A DNA stretch of 44,924 nucleotides from a virus (IMGVR_UViG_3300030450_001608:1-44924); one strand, 5' to 3'; shown: positions 1-9,442, counted from the first letter of the stretch. Translations and numbers: made by a program. Notes: generated by a model not told the origin, from the letters alone.

Positions 1-99
1 TAAAAGATGGCAAGCCCTATTAACCTCTTAGAAGGTGATTTCCTTTGTTGCGGTACGTTATGTCCTAAGAACAAAGCTCAGGATCACATAGACCGGATG
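1..99. repeat. 99-nt direct repeat identical to 44826..44924 (circular contig overlap)
   Basis: taaaagatggcaagccc...catagaccggatg occurs at both ends. The length of 99 matches a common assembler k-mer. Confidence 0.95.
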
Positions 100-204
100 C
101 AACGTGCTATAGATACCGCGCATGAATTATTGGAGTATGGTGGTTTACCTGAGGACGTTATCGTAGGGTTGAGATTGGAGCTGAAAAAACTTTCTTCAAA
201 ATAA
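7..204 (+). CDS. Hypothetical protein
   Basis: 65-aa ORF. Across the circular junction it is preceded by aaggaattaaaag (44819..44831). Confidence 0.6.
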   Translation: MASPINLLEGDFLCCGTLCPKNKAQDHIDRMQRAIDTAHELLEYGGLPEDVIVGLRLELKKLSSK

Positions 205-217
205 TTTAAGAAAAGTG

Positions 218-245
218 TTGCATATTCTCTTCATTGTGATATTAT
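218..245 (+). promoter_or_regulatory. Sigma70-like early promoter (TTGCAT-16-TATTAT, extended -10 TG)
   Basis: ttgcat 218-223 and tattat 240-245. The same architecture occurs at 24359..24386. Confidence 0.7.
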
Positions 246-302
246 GTACTCACTGGTTAGGCAATACCGCTTAACCAGAAACATAAAAACAGGAATTAAA
301 TT

Positions 303-584
303 ATGGACTTCATCACTGAAACTCGAAAAGCTATCATGCAACGTGCTGCTGAAACTAAAAACCCTTGTAGGATGTATAAATCTAAGGATAAGGCTGATTC
401 AGTAGCTCAGGAAATGTCGGCTAAAGCGGCTAAACATTTTGGAGCAGATACCGTTCGCTATACGGTTATTTACTTACCTGAGTTTAATAAATATACCTCT
501 ATTTTTGACATGACTCTTATCATAGCTAGGGGTCACGGTGGTAACATATCATTCTTAGCTGAAAAGGGTTTTTTCTGTTATTAA
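303..584 (+). CDS. Hypothetical early protein, monocistronic unit
   Basis: ORF with aacagga RBS, its own promoter and its own terminator. Confidence 0.8.
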   Translation: MDFITETRKAIMQRAAETKNPCRMYKSKDKADSVAQEMSAKAAKHFGADTVRYTVIYLPEFNKYTSIFDMTLIIARGHGGNISFLAEKGFFCY

Positions 585-606
585 ATTAAATCTCACCTTT
601 TAAGAT

Positions 607-630
607 AACCCTGCTTCGGCGGGGTTTTTT
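607..630 (+). terminator. Rho-independent terminator
   Basis: aaccctgc-TTCG-gcggggtt followed by a T run. Confidence 0.9.
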
Positions 631-704
631 ATTGCCTAAAATTTACATCCCCTCTTATTTAATTTATATTGAATTTCGAAGCCGGAAGAATTTATAAATT
701 AACC

Positions 705-1109
705 ATGACTGTAAAACATATATCTATAGAAGATTTAAGAGATCTTATAAATCAGGGTAAATCTAAAGACCCCTTGGTATTCCTGGAATCCGTAATGAAC
801 GGGCGGGATCCTAGGGGTCTTTCTGGTATTTATGAATTGATATTAGATATAAATGATTTTTGTGGTGGTGAACCTACACAAGCCGATTGGAATGAAGTTG
901 TAGAATACGCTTTTAATAATGCTAAGTATAAAGAAGTCACCCTTAGCGAGTCTGTGAACGCTTCTAAGACCTTAGCTGAGTATCTCTATGCCAAGCGTAA
1001 GCAAATAGATATAAATGGCGCTGACGGAGGTTCAGGGAGCGTAGTTGATAACCCGTTAACTGAAGAAGAAATAGAATTGTTTAAAGAAAGGTTTAATGAT
1101 GAGTTCTGA
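705..1109 (+). CDS. terS: Terminase small subunit (likely ATG at 705)
   Basis: Directly upstream of TerL. DPLVFLESVMNG and ASKTLAEYLYAKRKQI resemble TerS motifs. Confidence 0.7.
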   Translation: MTVKHISIEDLRDLINQGKSKDPLVFLESVMNGRDPRGLSGIYELILDINDFCGGEPTQADWNEVVEYAFNNAKYKEVTLSESVNASKTLAEYLYAKRKQIDINGADGGSGSVVDNPLTEEEIELFKERFNDEF

Positions 1110-1956
1110 AGAATTAGAATTAACCGAACAATGGTCATTTAACGAAAAGCGAATGTTACGCTATATGTTATTAAATGACGGCCTTCAGTTTATGCGTTAT
1201 TTTTTCAAATTACGTGAAGGTAATAAGATGATTCTTAATTGGCATCATTACGTAATTGAATATGTGCTCCAAGCTGTTTACGATGGTAAAATCTCAAGAC
1301 TTATAGTTAATATTGCTCCTGGATATACAAAGACGGAACAAGTTGTTCTGAATTTTATTTCCCGTGGTCTAGCTATAAATCCTCGTTCTAAATTTATCCA
1401 TACCTCTTATTCTGGAGACCTAGCTCAGGAAAATAGTTCCAAGATTAAAGAAATGGTAGAAAGTCAGGAATTCCAGGACTTATTCCCTATGCGTACTAGA
1501 GCAGATAAAAAAGGGAAAAAGCGATGGTTTACAGAAGTAGGTGGTGGGATGATGGCTACTAGTTCCGGAGGCCAGATAACCGGATTTAGAGCAGGGCGTA
1601 TGGAAGACGGATTTACTGGTGCATTCGTAAACGATGACCCTGTTAAACCAGATGACGCTTATTCTCAAGTTAAGCGTAGCGCGATTAATAACCGTTTTAA
1701 CAACACTATGCGCTCACGCTTGGCAGTTGAAGAAATCCCCATGATCAATATTATGCAGCGTATTCACGAGGATGATTTAACAGGTTATCTTTTAAGAGGT
1801 GGTTCGGGTGATAAATGGCATCATCTAGTAATCCCTACACACCTATCTGAGGAAGTACTCACGGAAAAATATCCGGAGGACTATACACACGGTATTCCTA
1901 TCGATATGAACGGTATTCTGAAAGCCTTGCACGGAGGTCCGGAATATGATTTTTAG
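1096..1956 (+). CDS. terL: Terminase large subunit, N-terminal ATPase half
   Basis: NIAPGYTKT (Walker A variant), ITGFRAG, NDDPVKP (Walker B), IMQRIHEDDL. Confidence 0.9.
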   Translation: MMSSEELELTEQWSFNEKRMLRYMLLNDGLQFMRYFFKLREGNKMILNWHHYVIEYVLQAVYDGKISRLIVNIAPGYTKTEQVVLNFISRGLAINPRSKFIHTSYSGDLAQENSSKIKEMVESQEFQDLFPMRTRADKKGKKRWFTEVGGGMMATSSGGQITGFRAGRMEDGFTGAFVNDDPVKPDDAYSQVKRSAINNRFNNTMRSRLAVEEIPMINIMQRIHEDDLTGYLLRGGSGDKWHHLVIPTHLSEEVLTEKYPEDYTHGIPIDMNGILKALHGGPEYDF

Positions 1957-2695
1957 TCAAAACCAAATAGCTGAGCTATGTCCAGAAAAGATTATTCCGG
2001 ATACAATGCTCTGGCCTTTTAAGCATGACCATGAAAAATTCAAGGTTATAAAAATAGGCGATCCGTACACTTGTTCAGCACAATATCAGCAAAAACCCTC
2101 TCCTCCTGGAGGTGGTATGTTTAAGGATAAATACTGGAAAGAGTACGAGATACTCCCTAATGATATAGACTTAATCCGTATTTATGCTGATACTGCTCAG
2201 AAAACAGCGGAGCGTAATGATTATTCCGTGTTTGAATGTTGGGGACGTAGTCGTACCAAGGGGATATTTCTTATTGATTTGGTGCGCGATAAATGGGAAG
2301 CTCCTCAATTAGAATCCGCGCTGGTTGACTTTTGGCGTAAACATAAACCGACTCAATTTAAACCATTTGGCGCGAGTTGTGTAAAGGTAGAGGATAAAAG
2401 CTCCGGTAGCTCGCTCATACAGTCTATAAAGCATGACTATATGATACCTATTGAGGGTATTCAAAGAAATACTGACAAGGTGTTCAGGGCGATGGGTGCG
2501 GTCAAATACTTTGCCAGTGGATATGTTCATATTCCAAAAGAAGCACCATGGAAACATGACTTTAAAGAAGAGTTCCGTAAGTTTAGCCCTTTAATGACAC
2601 ATAAACATGACGACCAGATAGACCCCTGTTTAGATGCCGTTGAAGACTTATTAGTATTTGATACAATGCAGATTACAGAATCTGCGATGAGATAA
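1946..2695 (+). CDS. terL: Terminase large subunit, C-terminal RNase H-like nuclease half
   Basis: AQYQQKP, ADTAQK..NDYSV, VEDKSSG, HDDQID. Own GGAGG RBS at 1933-1937. Confidence 0.9.
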   Translation: MIFSQNQIAELCPEKIIPDTMLWPFKHDHEKFKVIKIGDPYTCSAQYQQKPSPPGGGMFKDKYWKEYEILPNDIDLIRIYADTAQKTAERNDYSVFECWGRSRTKGIFLIDLVRDKWEAPQLESALVDFWRKHKPTQFKPFGASCVKVEDKSSGSSLIQSIKHDYMIPIEGIQRNTDKVFRAMGAVKYFASGYVHIPKEAPWKHDFKEEFRKFSPLMTHKHDDQIDPCLDAVEDLLVFDTMQITESAMR

Positions 2696-2851
2696 ATTAA
2701 AATATCCAGAAAAAGGTAGTTTAGTTAATTTATAAGTTAATACTGTTAATTAATATTAAGGTATACCACGTACATAAAATAAAAAATTTAAAAATTATTT
2801 TTATATGATGGTATACACGGTTTTTTATTAACACTTTTAAAGGGGCATAAA

Positions 2852-4291
2852 ATGTCTGAAAATTTTAAAAAGGCTGAAATCCAGGAAGAGGAAATCCGGG
2901 ATGGTCTTGAAAACTTAGTTGCTCAGCTTGGTACGGAACAAGATAAAAGAAGTCATTCCAGATTTGTTAATTCCAGAAACATTTCTGCCAAAGGTAATCA
3001 AGATGAATTAAATGCGATGTATCGGACTGATTGGCTTTCCGGAAAAGTAGTAGATATCATCCCGGATGATATGACTAGGGAATGGCGTAAATTTACTTCT
3101 GACCTTGATCCCACTTTGGTTAAAAAATTGAAGGATGAAGAAGACAGATTACAACTTTCGGCTACTTTTAATCAGGCTCATAAATGGGCTAGACTATATG
3201 GAACCGCCTTTATAGTTTTATCGGTTGATGACGGGCAAGAACCAAACAAACCATTAAATATAGATAAAGTTAAAAAGGGTGGATTAAAACATATTAAAGC
3301 AATAGATATGCACCGCTTATCTCATGCTGATATAACTCCTATAGCTAATCCTTTGGACCCTAATTATGGATACCCTGAATTTTACCGATTTGCTGAAACC
3401 TCGGTTAAGATACACCATAGCCGCTTACTTAGATTTGATGGTGTTGAATTGCCTTATGATGAATTTCGTAGAAATAACTACTTTTCTGATTCTGTCCTTG
3501 CTCGTCTTTATGATGCGTTAACTAACTTTGTTACCGTATGTAACGGTTCAGCGAGCATGGTTTATGAGACTAACGTTGATGTTGTAAAAGTAAAAGGGCT
3601 TATGCAATATCTTTCCTCAGCGGAAGGTGAAAACCTATTACGTAAACGTTTTACAATGGCTGGTATGCTTAAGAGCTTCAACAATATGATGCTCTTAGAC
3701 CAAGAAGAAGACTTTACTACAAAGAACAACACTTTTTCAGGACTTGACTCCTTATTAGATAAGTTCGCATTATTCCTTTCTGGTGCTTGTGATATACCTG
3801 CGACCCGATTACTTGGTAGTTCGGCCAGCGGTTTAAACGCTACGGGCGAAGGTGATTTAAAAAATTACTATGATACAGTGCGTTCATTACAGAAGCGCGA
3901 ATATAAACCTCGCCTTGATTACTTTGACCAAATTATGGCTAAATCACTTGGTATCAACTCTGATAATTTGAATTACGAATTTAATTCTTTATTTCAAATG
4001 ACTCCTAAAGAAAAAGCTGATCTGGAATTCCAAAATGCTCAGCGTGATCAAATTTATTTAACTAATAATATTATTCCGGAATCTACTGTAGCTAAGGAAT
4101 TAAAACAGAATGAAGTCTACAGTAATATCGAGGATGAATTCATTGCCGAATTAGAGGAATACGAAGATGACGACGCTGATGCCTTTACCAACCGAGCTGA
4201 AGCTGAAGAACAGCCTGGAAATGAAACAGAAGAAACAGAAAACAGCTCAACCAGTGAAGAACCCGAAGAGTCCCGAAGTCAGGTATCGTAA
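2852..4291 (+). CDS. Portal protein (DUF1073 / HI1409-like)
   Basis: Follows TerL. KVVDIIPDDMTREW, WARLYG and IPATRLLGSSASGLNATGEGDLKNYYD motifs. Confidence 0.9.
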   Translation: MSENFKKAEIQEEEIRDGLENLVAQLGTEQDKRSHSRFVNSRNISAKGNQDELNAMYRTDWLSGKVVDIIPDDMTREWRKFTSDLDPTLVKKLKDEEDRLQLSATFNQAHKWARLYGTAFIVLSVDDGQEPNKPLNIDKVKKGGLKHIKAIDMHRLSHADITPIANPLDPNYGYPEFYRFAETSVKIHHSRLLRFDGVELPYDEFRRNNYFSDSVLARLYDALTNFVTVCNGSASMVYETNVDVVKVKGLMQYLSSAEGENLLRKRFTMAGMLKSFNNMMLLDQEEDFTTKNNTFSGLDSLLDKFALFLSGACDIPATRLLGSSASGLNATGEGDLKNYYDTVRSLQKREYKPRLDYFDQIMAKSLGINSDNLNYEFNSLFQMTPKEKADLEFQNAQRDQIYLTNNIIPESTVAKELKQNEVYSNIEDEFIAELEEYEDDDADAFTNRAEAEEQPGNETEETENSSTSEEPEESRSQVS

Positions 4292-4988
4292 TCAATTAAG
4301 ATCTTTAGTAGGTAGTTTGAAACAGGAAGTTGAAACTACCATATATCCTATATTAAAAAGTTACGAGCATGAATACGTTCAGGACGCCTATGCGACATCC
4401 TTACAGCAAGCTTTTAACCGGCTTAGGGCTAGTTATAATAATATAGGTTTACAGGCTCAGAGAGCTGCTGAGGCGTTTGTAGGGAATGTTGACAATACTC
4501 AGCGACAACGCTTTTACAAAGCTATGGAAAATGCTACTGGTGTTAACCTGAATTCTATTATACAGAATGAAGGTTTAGAAGATGCTTTGGTAGGCGCAGT
4601 AAACGAGAATGTAAATCTGATTAAATCTATTCCGGATGAATATTTTAAAAAGATAGAAACCGTTGTTTGGCAGAATACAACTCGTGGTCTTAAATCAAGT
4701 TCCTTAATTAAAGAAATTCAGAAGATTAATAATACTACGTATAAAAGAGCTAAATTGATAGCTAGAGATCAAACCAGTAAATTAAATTCTAATCTTAATG
4801 AAAAGAGACAGAAAAATTTAGGTATTGAAGAATATATATGGAGAACTTCTGAAGACGGTCGGGTGCGTGATACACATAGACATAATAACGGAAAACGATT
4901 TAGATGGGATTCCCCACCAGCAGAAACCGGACATCCAGGACAAGATATTAATTGTCGTTGTGTAGCACAACCTATTATTAATTTATAA
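4167..4988 (+). CDS. Head morphogenesis protein (SPP1 gp7 / Mu gpF-like)
   Basis: RAKLIARDQ, YIWRTSEDGRVRDTH, HPGQDINCRC. GAGGA RBS at 4154. Confidence 0.9.
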   Translation: MTTLMPLPTELKLKNSLEMKQKKQKTAQPVKNPKSPEVRYRNQLRSLVGSLKQEVETTIYPILKSYEHEYVQDAYATSLQQAFNRLRASYNNIGLQAQRAAEAFVGNVDNTQRQRFYKAMENATGVNLNSIIQNEGLEDALVGAVNENVNLIKSIPDEYFKKIETVVWQNTTRGLKSSSLIKEIQKINNTTYKRAKLIARDQTSKLNSNLNEKRQKNLGIEEYIWRTSEDGRVRDTHRHNNGKRFRWDSPPAETGHPGQDINCRCVAQPIINL

Positions 4989-5066
4989 AGTTGATTAAAT
5001 TAAACTTGGAATTTGTTTTTAATTAGATTTTAATTTAATATGAGTATAAATATTTAGGGTTTGAAA

Positions 5067-6221
5067 ATGTATATTCAAGATAGACTGAATTTACCTACAG
5101 AAAGAACATATACTGAGGAGGGCTTTTTAAGAGTTCCTGCTCGTATAAGTCGTACAGGTACTCAAACTTATTTAGCGGCTGAGCTAGGTCTTAAAGACCG
5201 CGAACCTACCGATTTAATTGTGGCTTATAGACCACCTGAAGAAGTGTTTGACCCTGAATCATTAGCTTCTTTTGCTGCTAAACCTGTAACTAATAATCAT
5301 CCCCCCGAACTGGTGAATACTTCTAATTCTAAGAAATATTCAGTGGGTATGTCAGAACGTGAAATTTCCCGAGATGGCGATTACGTAACGGCTGTATTAA
5401 ATATTACAGACCAAGAAACAATTGACCAGATTGAAAGTGGGAAAGTTGAACTGTCTAACGGATATTTAAATGTATTCGATTGGACTCCTGGAATTTCTCC
5501 TGAAGGTGAACATTATGATTGCATTCAGAGAAAAATACGTGGCAATCATATTGCCGTAGTCGATAAAGGCCGCGCTGGACCAGCTTGCAGAGTGGCTGAT
5601 CATTCAATAAACCCAGAGGATGAAGTCATAATGGCTAAAATCACAATCGATGGGGTTGACTTCGAAGTATCTGAACAGGCTGCTCAAGCAGTTGGTAAAC
5701 TGCAAGCTAAAGTTTCAGATGCTGAAGAACAACTCAAAGAAAAAGACGAGGAAATGGTAAAGAAAGACGAGGAAATGGAGGAAGAGAAAAAGAAATCTCA
5801 AGAATCCAAAGACTCGTTGCAAGCTCAGCTAGACGACGCCAAATCCAAAATCTTAGACGCTGATTCTACGGACAAGTTGATTGCTGACCGTATGGAATTA
5901 ATTTCTAAGGTGCTCAGTATTTCACCTGAAACCAAATGGCAAGGTAAAGACGCGAAAACATTGATGGCTGAAGTGGTAGCTGATAAATGTTCTGGTGTTC
6001 AAATGGATTCAGTTAGCGCTGATTACATTCAAGCTCGTTTTGATATTCTGGTTGAAAATTGCGAAACCAATAGTCAATTCAGCTTGGATAATGCTTTCCG
6101 TAAACAGGTTGAAAAAGAATATACGGAAGACGCTGATAACGGTCTTTCTGAATCTAAAAAAGCTCGTGCGAAATACATTAGTGATTCTCGTAACGCTTGG
6201 AAAACTAAAGGAGATAAATAA
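5067..6221 (+). CDS. Prohead protease/scaffold (DUF2213-like)
   Basis: RTGTQTY, PVTNNHP, ELSNGY, NHIAVVDKGRAG, then a coiled-coil C-terminal half. Confidence 0.85.
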   Translation: MYIQDRLNLPTERTYTEEGFLRVPARISRTGTQTYLAAELGLKDREPTDLIVAYRPPEEVFDPESLASFAAKPVTNNHPPELVNTSNSKKYSVGMSEREISRDGDYVTAVLNITDQETIDQIESGKVELSNGYLNVFDWTPGISPEGEHYDCIQRKIRGNHIAVVDKGRAGPACRVADHSINPEDEVIMAKITIDGVDFEVSEQAAQAVGKLQAKVSDAEEQLKEKDEEMVKKDEEMEEEKKKSQESKDSLQAQLDDAKSKILDADSTDKLIADRMELISKVLSISPETKWQGKDAKTLMAEVVADKCSGVQMDSVSADYIQARFDILVENCETNSQFSLDNAFRKQVEKEYTEDADNGLSESKKARAKYISDSRNAWKTKGDK

Positions 6222-6703
6222 TGTCTGCTCAAACTTCTTACTCTCTGGGTATTCGCACCGCTCTTGCAGGTATGATTTATGCGTTACATCCAGATAAAAT
6301 TAATTCTTACGCTTGCGAAACCGCTAATGGTATCGGCTTTGGTGTTGCTGTAGCTCGTGGCACAGACCCTGAAAAACAAGTCGTTCTTGCTGGTTCTGCT
6401 GATTTCCTAGGTATTTCTATCCGTTCACTTGAACGTGAAGGTGTTGCGAATACTGGTGCTATCCAATACGACCAATTCGAAACAGTCGGTGTAATGGAAG
6501 AAGGTTATATCTACGCGGTATGTCCTAGCGGTTGTTCACCTGAAGACCCTGTTAAATATACCGACGGAACTGGCGTTCTAGACTCAGGTACGGCTGGCGC
6601 AGGTGAGACTTCTGTAGACGGTGCAGTATGGGTTTCTACCACTGTAGCAGGTGAAGTCGGTATCATTAATCTTTACGGTCGCGGCTCTACCGCTGGCGCA
6701 TAA
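6221..6703 (+). CDS. Head decoration/cement protein
   Basis: Lies between scaffold and capsid genes. GIGFGVAV..G motif; Gly/Ala-rich. Confidence 0.75.
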   Translation: MSAQTSYSLGIRTALAGMIYALHPDKINSYACETANGIGFGVAVARGTDPEKQVVLAGSADFLGISIRSLEREGVANTGAIQYDQFETVGVMEEGYIYAVCPSGCSPEDPVKYTDGTGVLDSGTAGAGETSVDGAVWVSTTVAGEVGIINLYGRGSTAGA

Positions 6704-6717
6704 TAGGAGCAAATATA

Positions 6718-7758
6718 ATGCGAAACTTCAAACTAAGAAACGGTGGAACAGTAACCTTTGATGGTGCGGTTGCTACTGTAACTGAACAGGGTAAATCCCT
6801 GACTCTTGACGGTGCTATTGCTACCGCCATGAACAACGGTATCATGGATGCCGATGGTGCTGTATTCTTCCAACGCCAATTGGAACATATTAAAGCCCGT
6901 AGTTACGACGTCAAATACGCGGAATTAAAAGCCCGTGAATTATTCCCAGTATCTAACGAAGGTGGTCCGGGAATTAGCTCTATCACTTATCGTACTTACG
7001 ATATGGTTGGTGTAGCTAAAATCATCAACGCTTATGCTGATGATTTACCTCGTGCTGACGTAGCAGGTAAAGAAACCACTATTCCAGTGCGTTCGGTCGG
7101 TACTAGTTACGGTTACAACCTTGACGAAATTCAAGCTTCTCAGCTTACTGGTGCAGCGCTGGATCAACGTCGTGCGAATGCCGCAATGCGTTCAGTTGAA
7201 CAGGTTGTTAATAATGTAGCGTTCTATGGTGACGCCACCAGTAATCTTCCTGGATTGTTCAGTAACCCGAATATTCCAACTGGTTCGGTTGTTGACGCTG
7301 GTAGCGGTACTGAGTGGGTTAATAAAACCCCTGATGAGATTCTGTTTGACATCAATGATGCTTTTGCAGATATCTTTGAAACGACTAACATGGTTGAACG
7401 TGGTAACACACTGCTTCTTCCACCAGCGCAATGGTCGTACCTAGCGAGCACCCCACGCTCTTCTAATAGCGATACCACCATTCTCCAATACTTGGTAATG
7501 AATAGCCCGTATCTGTCCTCAGAAGCGGATGTCATTCCTGTAAACGAATGTTCAGCGGCTAACAATCCTAAGCTGAGTGAAGATGCAATGGTAGTTTACG
7601 ACCGTAGCCCAGATAAACTTCAACTGGAAATCCCAGTAGAACTGGAAATGATGCCAGTACAACAGAAGAATCTAGAATTCGTAGTTCCTGGACGTAGCCG
7701 TTTAGCAGGTCTAAACATTTACTATCCTCTTTCTCTTAACATTCTAACAGGGATTTAA
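6718..7758 (+). CDS. Major capsid protein (DUF2184-like, HK97 fold)
   Basis: FFQRQLEHI, DDLPRAD, VAFYGD..GLFSNPN; size and position fit. Confidence 0.9.
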   Translation: MRNFKLRNGGTVTFDGAVATVTEQGKSLTLDGAIATAMNNGIMDADGAVFFQRQLEHIKARSYDVKYAELKARELFPVSNEGGPGISSITYRTYDMVGVAKIINAYADDLPRADVAGKETTIPVRSVGTSYGYNLDEIQASQLTGAALDQRRANAAMRSVEQVVNNVAFYGDATSNLPGLFSNPNIPTGSVVDAGSGTEWVNKTPDEILFDINDAFADIFETTNMVERGNTLLLPPAQWSYLASTPRSSNSDTTILQYLVMNSPYLSSEADVIPVNECSAANNPKLSEDAMVVYDRSPDKLQLEIPVELEMMPVQQKNLEFVVPGRSRLAGLNIYYPLSLNILTGI

Positions 7759-7763
7759 TCATT

Positions 7764-8060
7764 ATGGCCGGAGTAATGAATAAAACTGCTCGTCAATTTA
7801 ACCTTAAAACAATTGGCGCTAACGGGAATCGAGTTGTGGTTCGTCTAGCTCCTGGATTTAACAGTGTGGACGATGACCATTGGAAAAACTTTGTTCCAGG
7901 CGGTTCTAAAAAGAACAACCCTTATGTTCAAAAGCTGAAAGATTCAGATCAAATTGATTTTGGTGCTACTCAGGACGATAAAGAAATGGAAGTAGATCCA
8001 GATACTAAATCTAAATCTAAATCCGAACCTCGTCCTAAAAAGACTGCTAAATCTGAATAA
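7764..8060 (+). CDS. Small capsid-associated protein
   Basis: Follows the capsid gene. LAPGFNSVDDDHW motif and a Lys-rich tail. Confidence 0.7.
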   Translation: MAGVMNKTARQFNLKTIGANGNRVVVRLAPGFNSVDDDHWKNFVPGGSKKNNPYVQKLKDSDQIDFGATQDDKEMEVDPDTKSKSKSEPRPKKTAKSE

Positions 8061-8065
8061 GTTAA

Positions 8066-8123
8066 AGGGGTCTTAACTGACCCCTCTTATTAATAAATCT
8101 TATAAAGGGTTTATTAATAAGAG
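8066..8123 (+). terminator. Terminator-like tandem hairpins after the capsid genes
   Basis: aggggtc/gacccct stem overlapping a 14-bp ctcttattaataaa/tttattaataagag stem. Confidence 0.6.
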
Positions 8124-8145
8124 TTGATAATAAAGTTGTATATCT

Positions 8146-8589
8146 ATGCCGAATCCCAATATACACGAGATTGAATCAGTGGATCAAATTACCGAAGCCA
8201 GATTATGGAAAGCTTTAGACGGTATATCATCAAGGCTTTCTAATATCGAAGACAAGCTAAGTAATGTTATTCGTCTTGAAGAAAAAGTGAATAACCATGA
8301 TGATACATTGGCTAGATTCGGAAATAGATTAGATATACACGAAAAGAAAATCCATTCTTCTGAATTATGGCAAGCTAATCGTAATGATCTATATAGAATA
8401 GAAACTATAGAAAGAACAATTAAAGAAGTTTCTGATAAAGTGGATGTAGTTAAACAAGAACAAGACACCATCAAAGAATCTTCTAATGTTGATAAAGGTC
8501 AGAAAGATATATGGAAAGAAATATTAAAATGGATTTCCACTATATTCGGCGGAATAATTATATTTATGATGACTAACGGGGATAAATAA
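8146..8589 (+). CDS. Coiled-coil protein with C-terminal transmembrane helix (XhlA/holin-like)
   Basis: Heptad-rich body and C-terminal ILKWISTIFGGIIIFMM. Confidence 0.6.
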   Translation: MPNPNIHEIESVDQITEARLWKALDGISSRLSNIEDKLSNVIRLEEKVNNHDDTLARFGNRLDIHEKKIHSSELWQANRNDLYRIETIERTIKEVSDKVDVVKQEQDTIKESSNVDKGQKDIWKEILKWISTIFGGIIIFMMTNGDK

Positions 8590-8984
8590 TGACCGTAACT
8601 GTATCTAATATTAGAACAAGATTCCCTGAATTTTCAGATGAAGTCGAATACCCTGATGAAAGAATAGAACTATTAATTGAAGATTCCCAGATTATATATT
8701 TAGGTGTTGATGAGAATAGATGGGGAGGTAAATATAATACGGCTCAATCTTATTTAGTAGCTCATCTATTAACTGTTTCGGATATTTCTCAAGCGGGTGA
8801 TATCAATGCTAGAGCTGGAGCTATAAATTCTAAATCAGCCGGTGGTGTATCTGTATCTAGAGCGGTAAATAGTAAAGACCGTTCTGATTCGGACGATTTC
8901 TTTATGGCCACCAGCTACGGACAACAATATTTAATTATCCGGAATTCTACTTTTGTCGGTGTTATGGTAGCTAACCGATTATGA
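8589..8984 (+). CDS. Head-tail adaptor (DUF4054-like)
   Basis: RTRFPEFSD, LVAHLL, SAGGVSVS, TSYGQQY. Confidence 0.85.
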   Translation: MTVTVSNIRTRFPEFSDEVEYPDERIELLIEDSQIIYLGVDENRWGGKYNTAQSYLVAHLLTVSDISQAGDINARAGAINSKSAGGVSVSRAVNSKDRSDSDDFFMATSYGQQYLIIRNSTFVGVMVANRL

Positions 8985-9442
8985 GTAAAATGACCGCCAA
9001 GATTAAAAAATCACCTAACAAAGCTATTAAGAAATTAGAAGAAATAGCTAAACAGATGAAAGGGGATAACTTAGTTAAAGTGGGTTTACCTAAAGGAAGT
9101 AATAATTATCCCGACGGTACTTCGGTCATCATGGTTGGTAACGTTCATGAATTTGGTAGCCCGAGTAGAGGTGTTCCGGAACGTAGTTTTTTAAGATCTA
9201 CCTTAAATGAAAAAAGCGGTAAATATAAAAACGATCTTAAGAAATTAGGTAAAAAGGTTTTACTAGGCGAAATGACTTCTGAACAATCTTTACAGATGTT
9301 AGGTCTGATGGCTTCTAGCGATGTTAAAGATAAAATAACAGATATAAAAGAACCAGCTTTAACAAGCCGAGAAGGAAATCCCTTGGTAGATACAGGTCAC
9401 TTAAGACAATCTATAACATACGAGGTTGGTAATGCCGATTAA
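8981..9442 (+). CDS. Neck/tail-completion protein
   Basis: VHEFG..VPERSFLRST and PLVDTGHLRQSITY. Confidence 0.8.
   Translation: MSKMTAKIKKSPNKAIKKLEEIAKQMKGDNLVKVGLPKGSNNYPDGTSVIMVGNVHEFGSPSRGVPERSFLRSTLNEKSGKYKNDLKKLGKKVLLGEMTSEQSLQMLGLMASSDVKDKITDIKEPALTSREGNPLVDTGHLRQSITYEVGNAD

Noticed and set aside
5044-5051. T4-like late promoter TATAAATA
   Set aside because: Only one good match upstream of the structural genes in AT-rich DNA, and no phage sigma factor gene is recognisable.
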